From positions 96,001 through 160,000 of the forward strand of contig CAVYSY010000046.1 in NCBI GenBank assembly GCA_963771175.1: 64,000 bases of DNA, given 5' to 3'. Below, piece by piece: positions 31,322-41,783 of this stretch. Source of the DNA: an uncultured delta proteobacterium (GTDB lineage Bacteria > Myxococcota > Myxococcia > Myxococcales > Myxococcaceae). A model generated the notes under the pieces. That model was not told the DNA's origin. It ran no database searches and saw nothing but the letters and a program-made list of their open reading frames with translations. Position 1 is the first letter of the stretch. Every line of letters starts with the position of its first letter. The translations under genes were made by a program, and so were the position numbers.

Positions 31322-32688
31322 GCCACACCCCGGCCGCGCTGGGCGAGCTGCTCGGCGATCTCCGGGGTGGAACGGACCTCGGCCAGCGCGGGCTCCTGGT
31401 CGAGCGTCTCGAAGTCGTCGTAACCCGCCTGCAGCGCGCGCTTCAGCAGGTCCGTGGCCCGCTCCACCTGGCCGGCGCGCGCGTAATGGCAGGCGGCCTG
31501 ATACGCATCCTCCGCGCGCCCCGAGGCCTCGAAGGCGGTGGCTTGGAGCTCCGCCGCCGCGCCGAAGTCACCCCGGGCCGCCGCCACGTCCGCCAGCCGC
31601 GCGTTGCGCGGGGCCGGCGTCTTCCAGGCGAACTCCCGGGCGATGCGCTCCGCCTCGTCCAGCCGCTGGGCCTTCGTCAGCAGGTGCACCGCCAGTGCGG
31701 CGGCCTGATCCGTGGGCTCCTTCTCCACCGCGGCGAGCGCGTGGGGCAGGGCGCGATCCGGCATGCCCAGGGTGTTGAAGGCCATGGCCAGGCTGTAGGG
31801 CCGCGCGGCCTGGGGCGGCTCCACCTTCTCCAGGTGTGACACGGCGGCGCGGGCATTGCCCTCGGCGAGCGACACCCAGGCGAGCAGATCCCTCACCGCG
31901 TTGCTCTCCGGACCCGGCTTCGCCGCCGACAGGGCCAGGTGCCCCAGCCGGGCCGCCTCGGTCTCATTGCCGGAGCGCAGGGCCTGCCAGGCGCGAGCGA
32001 GCGCGTCCGGCTCGAGCTCCTCGACCTTCACGGGCTTCAGGGGCTTGAGATCCTTCGTCACCGAGAGGGCCTGCCAGCAGCCGTAGCCCATGAAGCCGAA
32101 CATGAAGGCGGCGTAGAACATGCGGGCGCTCAGGGCCAGGAGCGTCACGCCGGCGGCGGTGATGACTCCCAGCCAGAGGGCGATCCGCTGCCGGGTGGGC
32201 CCGAGGATGCCGCCCGCCACGTGGCCTCCATCGAGCGGAGGTACCGGCAGCAGGTTGATGATGCCCCACCCGAAGTTCACCCACATCAGATCCCGGAAGA
32301 TGACGTGGGTCGTGTAGCTGCGCGCGGGCACCAGATGGTCGACGCCCAGGATGATGGCCCCGAAGAGGAAGCCCGCGAGCGGCCCGGCGGCGGCGACGGC
32401 CACGCTCCGCCAGCGGCTCAACCCCTGGTGGTAGCAGAGGCCACCGATGGAATAGAGGCGGATGCTCGCCCAGCCGCTGCCCAGGCTCATGGACATCAGC
32501 GCGTGTCCCAGCTCGTGGATGAGGATGGACACGAAGCAGACGGCCACCCAGGAGAGGACCTGCGGCATGCCCCGGGCCCCGACCATCCCGAAGAGGGCCG
32601 TCACCAGCCAGAAGCTTGGCTCGACCACGACCGGGATGCGGCCGAGCGAGAATTGCAGGGAGAAGGGGGCGGCGGGTTGGGTGCTCAT
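31318..32688 (-). CDS. M50 (site-2) intramembrane metalloprotease with C-terminal TPR-like region
   Basis: IHELGH, AAGP, NLLPVPPLDGG, followed by helical Ala-rich repeats. Confidence 0.9.
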   Translation of the reverse strand: MSTQPAAPFSLQFSLGRIPVVVEPSFWLVTALFGMVGARGMPQVLSWVAVCFVSILIHELGHALMSMSLGSGWASIRLYSIGGLCYHQGLSRWRSVAVAAAGPLAGFLFGAIILGVDHLVPARSYTTHVIFRDLMWVNFGWGIINLLPVPPLDGGHVAGGILGPTRQRIALWLGVITAAGVTLLALSARMFYAAFMFGFMGYGCWQALSVTKDLKPLKPVKVEELEPDALARAWQALRSGNETEAARLGHLALSAAKPGPESNAVRDLLAWVSLAEGNARAAVSHLEKVEPPQAARPYSLAMAFNTLGMPDRALPHALAAVEKEPTDQAAALAVHLLTKAQRLDEAERIAREFAWKTPAPRNARLADVAAARGDFGAAAELQATAFEASGRAEDAYQAACHYARAGQVERATDLLKRALQAGYDDFETLDQEPALAEVRSTPEIAEQLAQRGRGVA

Positions 32689-32706
32689 GTTCCTCGGGAA
32701 TGAAAA

Positions 32707-33378
32707 TCAGTTCTTCGCGTCCACCCGGAACGCATTGGAATAGGTCTCTCTTCCCTCCTCGTCCACCAAGAGGATGAGGAAGTTGTTGCCGGGCGTGTCG
32801 ATGGTGAGCTGCTCCTGGCGCACGCCTCCGGAGAAGGGGCCGCTCTGGAAGCGGGTGGTGGTCGCGTTGCCCTGGAAGCGGAGGATGCTCATCGTCACCG
32901 TTCCCTCGAACCGATCGGCGTTCGTGCCCGTGGCATGGATGGTGACGGTGAAGGGCTGATCCTGGATCTGAACGCCGATGGGCTCGATCCAGAAGCCGAG
33001 GTAGGGCCGGACCTGGTAGGCCTGGGAGAGGGTGGCCTCGCGTCCATCCGGCAGCGACACCCGGAGGTCGTAGGTGCCCACCTCCAGACCCGGGTTCACG
33101 GTGCCCTCGAAACGGCCATTGCCCAGGTACCGCTCCAGCGGCACCAGCTGCGAGCCCACCTGCAGCGTCGGCTGGTCGAGCAGCTGTGCCGTCTGCGTGC
33201 CGTAGTCCACGAGGAAGCGCGGCTCCAGGTCGAGCTCCACGACGACGGCCTTGGACTCGGCGGCGCTCTGCTGCGTGGGCGCGACGGAGAGGATGTGGAA
33301 CTCCGTTGGCGTCGAGGGCTTCTCGGGCTCGCACGCGCACAGCAGCGCCACGAGCATGGGCAGTAGGACCGTTCTCAT
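32707..33378 (-). CDS. Putative lipoprotein with Ig-like beta-rich domains
   Basis: MRTVLLPMLVALLCAC lipobox, GTYDLRV, PFTVTI. ATG overlaps the upstream stop. Confidence 0.75.
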   Translation of the reverse strand: MRTVLLPMLVALLCACEPEKPSTPTEFHILSVAPTQQSAAESKAVVVELDLEPRFLVDYGTQTAQLLDQPTLQVGSQLVPLERYLGNGRFEGTVNPGLEVGTYDLRVSLPDGREATLSQAYQVRPYLGFWIEPIGVQIQDQPFTVTIHATGTNADRFEGTVTMSILRFQGNATTTRFQSGPFSGGVRQEQLTIDTPGNNFLILLVDEEGRETYSNAFRVDAKN

Positions 33379-34769
33379 AACGCGTACCTCACTCCCAGTG
33401 AGAGCGACAGCCCACCGGGCTGTGCCTTGATCTGCATCGTCCGGACGTCGGCGAAGCTGCCGCGCAGCTCGGCCAGGGCGCTCACCACACCCAGGTTCCA
33501 GGCCGCCTGGGCTCCGAGGAAGCCCGTGAACGTCCTCCCCGACTCCGTGTTCGCACCGGGGAAGAACTCGCTCGTCATCACCTGCTCGAAGTACATCATC
33601 CCGGCGCCCGCGCGACCGTAGAGCGAGAGCGGACCGCGCTCGAAGGCGAGGACCCGGGCGGAGAGCTGCAGCGGCATGGCCACTATCCGCGCGTTCAGCG
33701 GCCCGAGCTCCGCCACGCGGGGCTGGCTCGTGGAGCGGCGCAGTCCCACCTCCGCCTCCAGCGTGAACCGGCCACCGAGCGGCGGCAGGCGATACCCCAG
33801 GCCCCCCGAGACCAGGGGCCCGAGGTTGTCGCCGCCGGCGAAGAAACCTCCGGCCAGCAGGTGGAACGACAGGTTCTCCTTGCGCAGCCACGGCGCCCAC
33901 CAGGCCACCCCGGGCACCACGGCCGGCGCGGGAGGCTGCTTCGGCGGGGGGACGTGCGCGACGATCGGCGCCGACACCGGAGCCATGATCCGCGCCGCGC
34001 CGGTCCCATCCTTCCGATGGGCGTTCACCACCACGGCGCTCGCCGAGGGCTCGGGCTTCACGCGGAACACGCCCGGCGCCTCGGGCTGCTCCTCCACGTC
34101 GCCGCCCTGCACCTGCAGCTCCAACTCCGCGAGCGGGGTAGGGGCCTCGCCCAGCACGAGCAACCATCCCCCCTTGTCCGGCGGGATCACGTCGGGGCTG
34201 AGGAGGGCGAGCAGGGGCCGCTCGGGAGGCACGTCGAGCCGGGCGGTGCGGTTGGTCTGCTGGCCGTTGGCGGTGGCCAGCACGCGGGCCTCGCGCACGC
34301 CAGGGGGCACCTCCACCTGCACCTGGGCGCGGCCCTTGCGGTTGGTGAGGACGGGGCCGAAGCGCATGTCGGCCACCTGCACCACCACCTCGGCACCTGC
34401 GCCCACGTCCGTGGCCACGTCCAGCGTCGTGCGGCCCAGCAGGGGGATGTGGACGGTGGTGACCTTGGGCGGACCGGTGGGCGAGTCCACCCAGAAGGCC
34501 AGCACCGCCAGGAGGGGATAGCGGATGTCCGGGGGAACCCAGCGGTAGGAGTAGACGCCCCGGGCGGTGGCGGGCAGCGGCTGCAGACTGCCCGTGGATG
34601 CCATGGCCCGGAGCGGAGGCGTCCCGCGAGGCACCTTCACCTGCACCACCACCGCCTTGTCCTGGCCGAGCACCACCTGCGCGGGGGCCGCCGTCACCGG
34701 GAAGGGGACCGCCTCCGCCAGCAGTGGCAGGGCGAGCAACAACAGCAGAGGCAGGAGCGGCACTCGCAT
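33375..34769 (-). CDS. Exported protein with Ig-like N-terminal part and probable C-terminal OM beta-barrel
   Basis: Signal MRVPLLPLLLLLALPLLAEA. C-terminal alternating amphipathic strands ending LSLSLGVRYAL. Confidence 0.7.
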   Translation of the reverse strand: MRVPLLPLLLLLALPLLAEAVPFPVTAAPAQVVLGQDKAVVVQVKVPRGTPPLRAMASTGSLQPLPATARGVYSYRWVPPDIRYPLLAVLAFWVDSPTGPPKVTTVHIPLLGRTTLDVATDVGAGAEVVVQVADMRFGPVLTNRKGRAQVQVEVPPGVREARVLATANGQQTNRTARLDVPPERPLLALLSPDVIPPDKGGWLLVLGEAPTPLAELELQVQGGDVEEQPEAPGVFRVKPEPSASAVVVNAHRKDGTGAARIMAPVSAPIVAHVPPPKQPPAPAVVPGVAWWAPWLRKENLSFHLLAGGFFAGGDNLGPLVSGGLGYRLPPLGGRFTLEAEVGLRRSTSQPRVAELGPLNARIVAMPLQLSARVLAFERGPLSLYGRAGAGMMYFEQVMTSEFFPGANTESGRTFTGFLGAQAAWNLGVVSALAELRGSFADVRTMQIKAQPGGLSLSLGVRYAL

Positions 34770-34810
34770 ACGGGCAGGGGGCCTACCGTCCAGCCTCTGC
34801 GGCGCCTCTG

Positions 34811-35392
34811 TCAACCCTCGGCGGGGCTGCTCGGCGAGGAAGCGGCTTCTTCCGTTGCCTGAGGCTGCGGCTTGTCCGCTGGGCCCGTAGCTTTCGCGCC
34901 CGGCGGGCTGAAAGCCGGCTTCTCGGCCGGTGCGCCGCCGGTGGCGTGGACGAGCGTCTTCGTCTCCGACTTGAAGGTGATGTCCACCTTGTTGCCGCGC
35001 ACCGCCGTCACCAGCCCCAGCCCGAAGGTGGGGTGCTGGATGACCTGATCCACCTTGTAGGTGTCCTTGGGGCTGTAGCGGGGCGCGTTGGCGATGTCCT
35101 TGCCCGCGAGCTGCTCCTCGAAGGAGATGATCACCTTCTCCTCGGCGGAGGCGCGGGCCCGAGGGGCGCGTGTGGAGGTGCCGCCACTGCTGCTGCTGCT
35201 GGCGCGGGCGGCCGGACTCGGCTTGTCCGTGGTGCCCGGCGCGGACCTGTAGGCGTGGTCTCCGTTGCAGGTGTTGCAGCGGACTCGAGCGATCTTCGTT
35301 CCCACCATCGCCAGGATGGTGTGGGCAAGCGTGAGCCGGCACCGGGTGCAGAACGCGTCGACCTCGCCGCCGACCTTGTGATTGGGGGCCAT
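34811..35392 (-). CDS. Hypothetical protein: N-terminal zinc ribbon + C-terminal PcrA/UvrD-tudor-like domain
   Basis: CTRC...H...CNTC..H, then YKVDQVIQHPTFGLGLV..KVDITF. Confidence 0.75.
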   Translation of the reverse strand: MAPNHKVGGEVDAFCTRCRLTLAHTILAMVGTKIARVRCNTCNGDHAYRSAPGTTDKPSPAARASSSSSGGTSTRAPRARASAEEKVIISFEEQLAGKDIANAPRYSPKDTYKVDQVIQHPTFGLGLVTAVRGNKVDITFKSETKTLVHATGGAPAEKPAFSPPGAKATGPADKPQPQATEEAASSPSSPAEG

Positions 35393-35586
35393 GTGGTAAT
35401 GCTTCTCGCTTCTCTGTGGGGATGAAAAGGGCGGCGGAACATAACGGCAACGCCGCTCGGGAGAAACCCCCTTGTCGAGCCCGGGTGCGCGAGCCTGGAT
35501 GCCTGGGGTGCCGGGAGGCGGAGGGGGGCTCTGGCCCGAGCGATTGCTTGTGCCGGGAATGGGGGCACTTAGAGTAAGAACCCCCC

Positions 35587-36408
35587 GTGGCCTCCGACAA
35601 CACACAGCAGGCGGAACAGCCCAAGGCTCCGCACCCGGTCGTCCAGTCCATCGAGGGCATGGGCCGGGGCGTCATCGGCATGGTGTCGGAGCTGGGCGGC
35701 CTCGTCACGCTCGCCATCGATGTGGGGCGCTGGGGCGCGCGCCGGCCGTATCGCTGGCAGAACCTTTTCTTTCAGCTCGACTTCGTGGGGGTGGGCAGCG
35801 TCTTCATCGTCCTGCTCACCGGCCTCTTCACCGGCATGGTGTTCGCCCACCAGTCCTCGCGAGCCTTCGAGATGTTCGACGCGGAGAGCCTGGTGGGCCC
35901 CACCGTGGCCCTCACCCTCACGCGCGAGCTGGCCCCGGTCTTCTCCGCGCTGATGGTCACCATGCGCGCCGGCTCGGCCATGTGCACGGAGCTGGGCACC
36001 ATGCGCGTCTCCGAGCAGGTGGACGCCCTGGAGACCATGGCCGTCAACCCCATCCAGTACCTCCTGGTCCCCCGGGTGCTGGCTGGCCTCATCATGGTGC
36101 CGATCCTCACGCTGCTCTTCGACACCTCCGGCATCCTCGGCTCCTACTTCGTCTCGGTGTCGGTCAAGGGGCTGTCGGCCGGTACCTTCCTCGCGCGCAC
36201 GCGCCAGTGGTTGGACCCCGCGGACGTCTTCGAGGGACTCATCAAGGGCGCCGTCTTCGGGCTGGCCGTGGCCCTCATCTGCTGCTTCAAGGGCTTCAAC
36301 GCCTCGGGTGGCTCCAAGGGCGTGGGCAAGGCCACCACCGAGGCCATGGTGTCCAGCGCCCTCTCCATCTTCATCCTCGACTTCCTCGTCGGCGTCCTCC
36401 TGCACTGA
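35587..36408 (+). CDS. mlaE: MlaE-family ABC permease
   Basis: RELAPV, GSAMCTELGTMRVSEQVDALETM..NP, GVGKATT. Confidence 0.95.
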   Translation: MASDNTQQAEQPKAPHPVVQSIEGMGRGVIGMVSELGGLVTLAIDVGRWGARRPYRWQNLFFQLDFVGVGSVFIVLLTGLFTGMVFAHQSSRAFEMFDAESLVGPTVALTLTRELAPVFSALMVTMRAGSAMCTELGTMRVSEQVDALETMAVNPIQYLLVPRVLAGLIMVPILTLLFDTSGILGSYFVSVSVKGLSAGTFLARTRQWLDPADVFEGLIKGAVFGLAVALICCFKGFNASGGSKGVGKATTEAMVSSALSIFILDFLVGVLLH

Positions 36409-37173
36409 TGTCGGACATGAGCTCCAGGCCGATGATCGAGATCGTCGACCTGCACAAATCCTTCGGTGACTACACCGTCCTCAAGGGCATCGACCTCTCG
36501 GTGCCCGCGGGGAACACGTGCGTCATCCTCGGGGGCTCGGGCTCGGGCAAGACGGTGCTGATGAAGCACATGATCGGCCTGCTCAAGCCGGACAAGGGTC
36601 AGGTCATCATCGATGGGGAGGACGTCGTCCCCATGGGCCCCGAGGACCTGGAGCGGATGCGGCACAAGTTCGGCATGGTGTTCCAGGCCGCCGCGCTCTT
36701 CGACTCGATGGACCGTCTACGAGAACGTGGCCTTCCCGCTGCGCGAGCACAGCAAGCTGTCGGAGGAGGAGATCCAGAAGCTGGTTCGCTCGAAGCTGGA
36801 TCTCATGGGCCTGCCGCGCAGCGCGGAGAGGAAGTTCCCCGCGGACCTGTCCGGCGGCATGCGCAAGCGCGTGGGTCTGGCGCGTGCCATCGTGATGAAC
36901 CCGAAGATCGTCCTCTACGACGAGCCCACCACGGGCCTGGATCCCATCACCACGGACTACGTGGACGAGATGATCCTCGCGGCCCAGAAGGAATTGGGGA
37001 TCACCAGCGTGGTCATCAGCCACGACATCGCATCGGCCTTCAACGTCGCGGACCAGATCGCCTTCCTCAGCAAGGGCGTCATCCTGGAGCAGGGATCCCC
37101 GGAGCTGGTGCGCGCCTCGAAGCACCCGGCCGTGGAGGTCTTCATGCAGACCTGGTTCGGAAAGAACGATTAG
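36408..37173 (+). CDS. mlaF: MlaF-family ABC ATPase; frameshift near 36712
   Basis: GGSGSGKT, FQAAALFDSM, LSGGMRKRVGLARA, YDEPTTGLDP, ISHD. Confidence 0.93.
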
Positions 37174-37184
37174 GAGCACTCCCG

Positions 37185-38713
37185 GTGAAGAAGCTCGTCA
37201 CACCCTTCCGAGTAGGTCTGCTGGTGATCATCGCCGGAGGGTTCCTCTTTGGTTTCATCCTGTTCACCCGCAAGGGCGGGCTGAGCAAGGACGAGTCCAT
37301 CCAGGTGTACGCCTACTTCCGGGACGCCTCGGGCCTGGGGGCCAAGAGCCGGGTGCAGATCGCCGGCATCCCGGTGGGCGAGGTGGAGGGCGTCAAGCTG
37401 GAGGGCACGCGCGCCCAGGTGTCGCTGCGCATCCGCCGCGACGTGGATCTGCGCCAGGACGCCGGCCTCGTGAAGCGCTCGGAGTCCCTGCTGGGTGACT
37501 ACCTGTTGGATCTCAACCCGGGCTCCGAGCAGGCGCCCAACATGGAGGACGGCGGGGAGATCCGCCGGGTGGTGGACGTGCAGGGCATGGAGGCCGTCTT
37601 CGAGTCGCTCAGCCAGATCACCTCGGACATCCAGCAGGTGACGGCGGCGCTGCGCGACGTGCTCGGCGGGGACAAGGGCGCCGGCTCGCTGGAGCGGATC
37701 GTCGACAACCTCGTGCGGCTGTCGGACTCGATGGACATGACGGTGCGCATCACCGCCCAGCGCCTGGACGCCATCCTCCGCAACATCGAGGACGTGAGCG
37801 GCGACGTGCGGGGCATCACCGCCTCCAACGAGGACAGCATCGGCAACATCGTCCACAACATCGAGGCCATCACCCACGACACGCGCGACGTGCTCTCCTC
37901 GGTGCAGAAGGCCGTCGGCAGTGGGCAGGGGGGTGACCTGAAGGACACCGTGACCAGCCTCAAGCAGACGATGGCCCGGCTGGACAAGACGCTCTCCAAC
38001 CTGGAGCAGATCACCACCAAGGTGAACAACGGCGAGGGCGCCGTGGGCGCGCTGGTGGCCGATCGAGCGTCTGGGCCAGAAGATCTCCGAGTCCGTGGAG
38101 GACATGTCCGACTTCGCCTCCAAGCTCACCGGCATGGAGACCGAGGTGGGTCTGCAGGCCACCTACCTGGTCGGGCAGGGCAGCTCGAAGAACAGCCTGT
38201 CGCTGCGGCTGGCTCCCAAGCCGGACAAGTACTATCTGTTGGAGCTGGTGGATGATCCGCGCGGCATCACCGAGACGCAGCTCGTCCAGACCAACCCGCC
38301 CTCCTCGGGCGAGCCCGTCACCCAGCAGCAGAAGATCACCAAGGAAGGCTTCAAGTTCAGCGCCCAGTTCGCCAAGCGCTACTACTTCACCACCCTGCGC
38401 TTCGGCATCATCGAGTCCACGGGCGGCCTCGGCGCCGACTTCCACTTCTTCAAGGATCACCTGATGTTGAAGATGGACGCCTTCAACTTCTCGGTGGACG
38501 AGCTGCGCTACCCCCGGCATCCGCGCCTCGCTCCGGGCCCAGGCGTTCGACCAGCTGTTCGTCACCGCCGGCATGGACGACCTGCTGAACGACCAGCGGC
38601 GCGACCTCACCACCCGGAAGATGCTCGCCGGCCGCGACTTCTTCTTCGGTGGCGGCATCTACTTCACCGATGATGACCTCAAGGCCATCATGACGGCTGT
38701 GCCCACACCGTGA
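37185..38713 (+). CDS. mlaD: Long MlaD/MCE protein: TM, MCE domain, helical region, beta-rich C-terminus; frameshifts near 38070 and 38515
   Basis: FRDASGL..SRVQIAGIPVGEV, SLLGDYLLDLNPG, GEGAVGALV, then strands RFGIIESTGGLGADF...FFFGGGIYF. Confidence 0.88.
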
Positions 38714-38814
38714 TGGCTTGACCTGACCGACTGAAAAGTCGTACCTCGCCACGGCACGGGCGGTCCCCTGGGAGTCCCGTGCCTGCCTCACCGGCCTCTC
38801 TCCCTGGAACGCTC

Positions 38815-39740
38815 ATGTCTCTTCTCGTCGTTGGCTCGGTCGCGCTGGACTCGGTGGAAACCCCCTTCGGTCTGAAGGAGGACGTCCTTGGTGGCTCGGC
38901 CACCTTCTTCTCCACCTCCGCGTCCTTCTTCACCCCGGCCAAGGTGGTGGCGGTGGTGGGCGAGGACTTCCCCCAGGCCCACCTGGACTTCCTGCGCGGC
39001 CGCGGCGTGGACCTCGAGGGCGTCACCCGGGAGAAGGGCCGCACCTTCCGCTGGAAGGGCCGCTACGGCTGGCAGCTCAACGAGGCCGCAGACGCTCGAC
39101 ACCCAGCTCAACGTCTTCCAGTCCTTCTCGCCCAAGCTCCCCGAGAGCTACCGCGACGCCCAGTTCGTCTTCCTCGGCAACATCCACCCGGAGCTCCAGT
39201 GCCAGGTGCTGGATCAGGTGCAAGAGCCCCAAGCTGGTCGCCGCCGACACGATGAACTTCTGGATCAACGGCAGCCGGCAGGCGCTCCTCAAGACGCTCA
39301 AGCGCGTCGACCTGCTCTTCGTCAACGACGCCGAGGCCCGCCAGCTCTCCGGCGAGCACAACATCGTCAAGGCCGCCCGCGCCATCCTGGCCATGGGCCC
39401 CCAGCGCGTGGTCATCAAGCGCGGCGAGTACGGCGCGCTGCTCTTCGATCAGGAGCACATCTTCGCCTGCCCGGCCTTCCCGCTGGCGGACGTGTTCGAC
39501 CCGACCGGCGCCGGGGACACCTTCGCCGGCGGCTTCATGGGCACCCTGGCCCAGAATGGCCAGATCGACTCCCAGGTGCTGCGCCGCGCGATGGTGATGG
39601 GCAGCGTGATGGCCTCCTTCACCGTGGAGAAGTTCAGCCTCGAGCGCCTGCGCGAGGTGACCGTCAAGGACATCCACGCCCGGTTCTCTGAGTTCAAGCG
39701 ACTCACGCACTTCGAGGACCTCGGCTCGCTGGAGGGCTGA
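38815..39740 (+). CDS. PfkB-family carbohydrate/nucleoside kinase; two frameshifts
   Basis: VVGSVALD, GGSA, VNDAEA, IKRGEYG, DPTGAGDTFAGG. Confidence 0.92.
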
Positions 39741-39852
39741 GTCGGAGCCCGTGGAGGGGGGGGAGACCCCCTCTTGACGGATATTTCCAGTGTCCCTAAT
39801 CTCGGGTCCCGCGAATCCTGATTCCTGGGATGGTGTGGTGGGTGGTGGGAGA

Positions 39853-40239
39853 ATGCAAGCGCGCCACGGACCGCGCGCCGGAGGGCACGGGTTGCGGACG
39901 GAGAACCGAAAGCACGGACGAGTCCCCTCACGCCTGCGGGCCTGGTGCGAGTCGGACAACATCACGCTCTACGCGCGCATCGGCAACCTGAGCGAGGGCG
40001 GGCTGTTCCTGCAGACGAACACGCCGCTGGCCAAGGGACGCCGGACGCGGCTGCGGCTGAGCTGTGATGGGATGAAGGAGCTCATGGCCGAGGCCACGGT
40101 GGTATGGCAGCGGGAGCGGCGGGTGGAGACGGGCGCTCCGGGCATGGGCTTGAGGTTCGAGGGGTTGGATTCTGGTGCGCTGGCGCTCCTGCGGCGCATC
40201 ATCTCCGAAGAGCAGCGAATGGTGGCACTCGGTACCTAG
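39853..40239 (+). CDS. Stand-alone PilZ-domain protein (myxobacterial TIGR02266-like)
   Basis: RKHGR (RxxxR), NLSEGG ((D/N)xSxxG), ATVVW, GMGLRF. Confidence 0.88.
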   Translation: MQARHGPRAGGHGLRTENRKHGRVPSRLRAWCESDNITLYARIGNLSEGGLFLQTNTPLAKGRRTRLRLSCDGMKELMAEATVVWQRERRVETGAPGMGLRFEGLDSGALALLRRIISEEQRMVALGT

Positions 40240-40271
40240 CGGCCGGGCGGAGGGCCCGGTGAGAACTCCTC

Positions 40272-41003
40272 ATGCGCATCGCGATCATCTCCGACATCCA
40301 CTCCAACATCGAGGCACTGACGGAAGTGCTCCGGGTCGCGGAAGAGCAGAAGGTGGATCGCATCGTGTCGCTGGGGGACGTGGTGGGCTACGGGGCCTCG
40401 CCCAACGCCTGCTGTGACCTGGTGCGCTCGGTGACCGAGGTGACGCTGCTGGGCAACCACGACGCGGCGGTGGCCGGGCGGATGGACTACTCGTTCTACT
40501 ACGACGCCGCCCGCCACGCGCTCGACTGGTCCGCCGGAGTGCTCTCGGACGAGAACATGGACTGGCTGAAGAGCCTGCCCTACACGTACCGGATCGGGGA
40601 CGTGGGCTTCTGCCATGGCTCGCCGGTGGAGCCCAAGGCGTACGAGTACATCTTCGCGCTCGAGCAGGCCAAGGATCTGGCCCCGTACGTGGAGCACCTG
40701 CCGGAGGTGACGTTCATCGGGCACAGCCACCTGTGCAAGGCGTTCGCCATCGGCAACGGCGAGGTGCACGACGTGGTGGCCCAGAAGTTCGGCATCCGCC
40801 GGGGCTACAAGTACATCATCTCGGTGGGCAGCGTGGGGCAGCCGCGGGACTACGACAACCGGGCCTGCTTCGTGATCTGCGACACCGGGGCGCGCACGGT
40901 GGAGTACCTCCGGGTGGAGTACGACATCGAGACGGCCGCGCAGAAGATCTTCGACGCCGAGCTGGCGCTGAACTTCGGCAAGCGCTTGTTCCTCGGGGTG
41001 TGA
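40272..41003 (+). CDS. Metallophosphoesterase (YfcE/PP1-like calcineurin fold)
   Basis: SDIHSN, GDVVGYG, GNHD, HGSP, GHSH, GSVGQPRD. Confidence 0.93.
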   Translation: MRIAIISDIHSNIEALTEVLRVAEEQKVDRIVSLGDVVGYGASPNACCDLVRSVTEVTLLGNHDAAVAGRMDYSFYYDAARHALDWSAGVLSDENMDWLKSLPYTYRIGDVGFCHGSPVEPKAYEYIFALEQAKDLAPYVEHLPEVTFIGHSHLCKAFAIGNGEVHDVVAQKFGIRRGYKYIISVGSVGQPRDYDNRACFVICDTGARTVEYLRVEYDIETAAQKIFDAELALNFGKRLFLGV

Positions 41004-41060
41004 GCCCTCCCCCGCGAAAAAGGGGCGCGGCGGCCCGGAAGATGGCGTAGAAACCGGCCT

Positions 41061-41735
41061 GTGCGGACCTACAGCTTCCTTTCCGGTCGGATGTTCACCG
41101 GCCTCCTGATGGCCCTCCTCCTGGCGGCGGCACCCATCGCCTGCCGCAAGCCCGCGCAGCCCTCCGAGGAGTTCTCCCAGGCGCGCACGCGTTTCGGCAA
41201 GCTGTACGCGGAGAAGGGCGACGGCGCCTTCGTCGATCCGGAGATCGATCAGATCGACTCGATGCTGGCCCGGGTGCCCCCCAACAGCCTGGACGCGGCG
41301 GCGGCGAAGGAACTGCGCGCCCGGATCCAGGCCGGTCGGCAGGAGTCCCAGGCGCGTGCCAAGGCCCAGGAAGAGGCCCTGGCGAAGGCACGTGCGCCGA
41401 GCGAGATGCCTGCCGGTTTCAAGTCCGCCCCGACTCCCGCTCCCGCCCCCGAGAAGCCCCCGGAGCCTGTCGACGCTGGCACCCCCGCCGTGCCCCAGGT
41501 CGGCACCCCTGCCGCCGAGCTGGCGAGCGGCTTCTCTGGCTGCTTCCAGAAGGGGGAGCCCCTGGAGGTGCTCGGCCGCGGTCTCCGGGATCGCTGGGAA
41601 TTGCAGGACCGCGCGGCGTGTCGCCAGCAGTATGGCTCGCTCCAGGATCAGGTGTTGATCATCGAAGAGGGCAAGGTGATTGCCCTGGCTCCCAAGAGCG
41701 CGCTCAAGGAACTTCCCGCGGACGGCGGCCGCTGA
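41061..41735 (+). CDS. Putative lipoprotein
   Basis: LLMALLLAAAPIAC lipobox-like, helical region and Pro-rich linker. Confidence 0.7.
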   Translation: MRTYSFLSGRMFTGLLMALLLAAAPIACRKPAQPSEEFSQARTRFGKLYAEKGDGAFVDPEIDQIDSMLARVPPNSLDAAAAKELRARIQAGRQESQARAKAQEEALAKARAPSEMPAGFKSAPTPAPAPEKPPEPVDAGTPAVPQVGTPAAELASGFSGCFQKGEPLEVLGRGLRDRWELQDRAACRQQYGSLQDQVLIIEEGKVIALAPKSALKELPADGGR

Positions 41736-41783
41736 CGCGCAGCCCGTCCCATCCACCCCTCATCCCAGAGCAGAACCGGTCTC

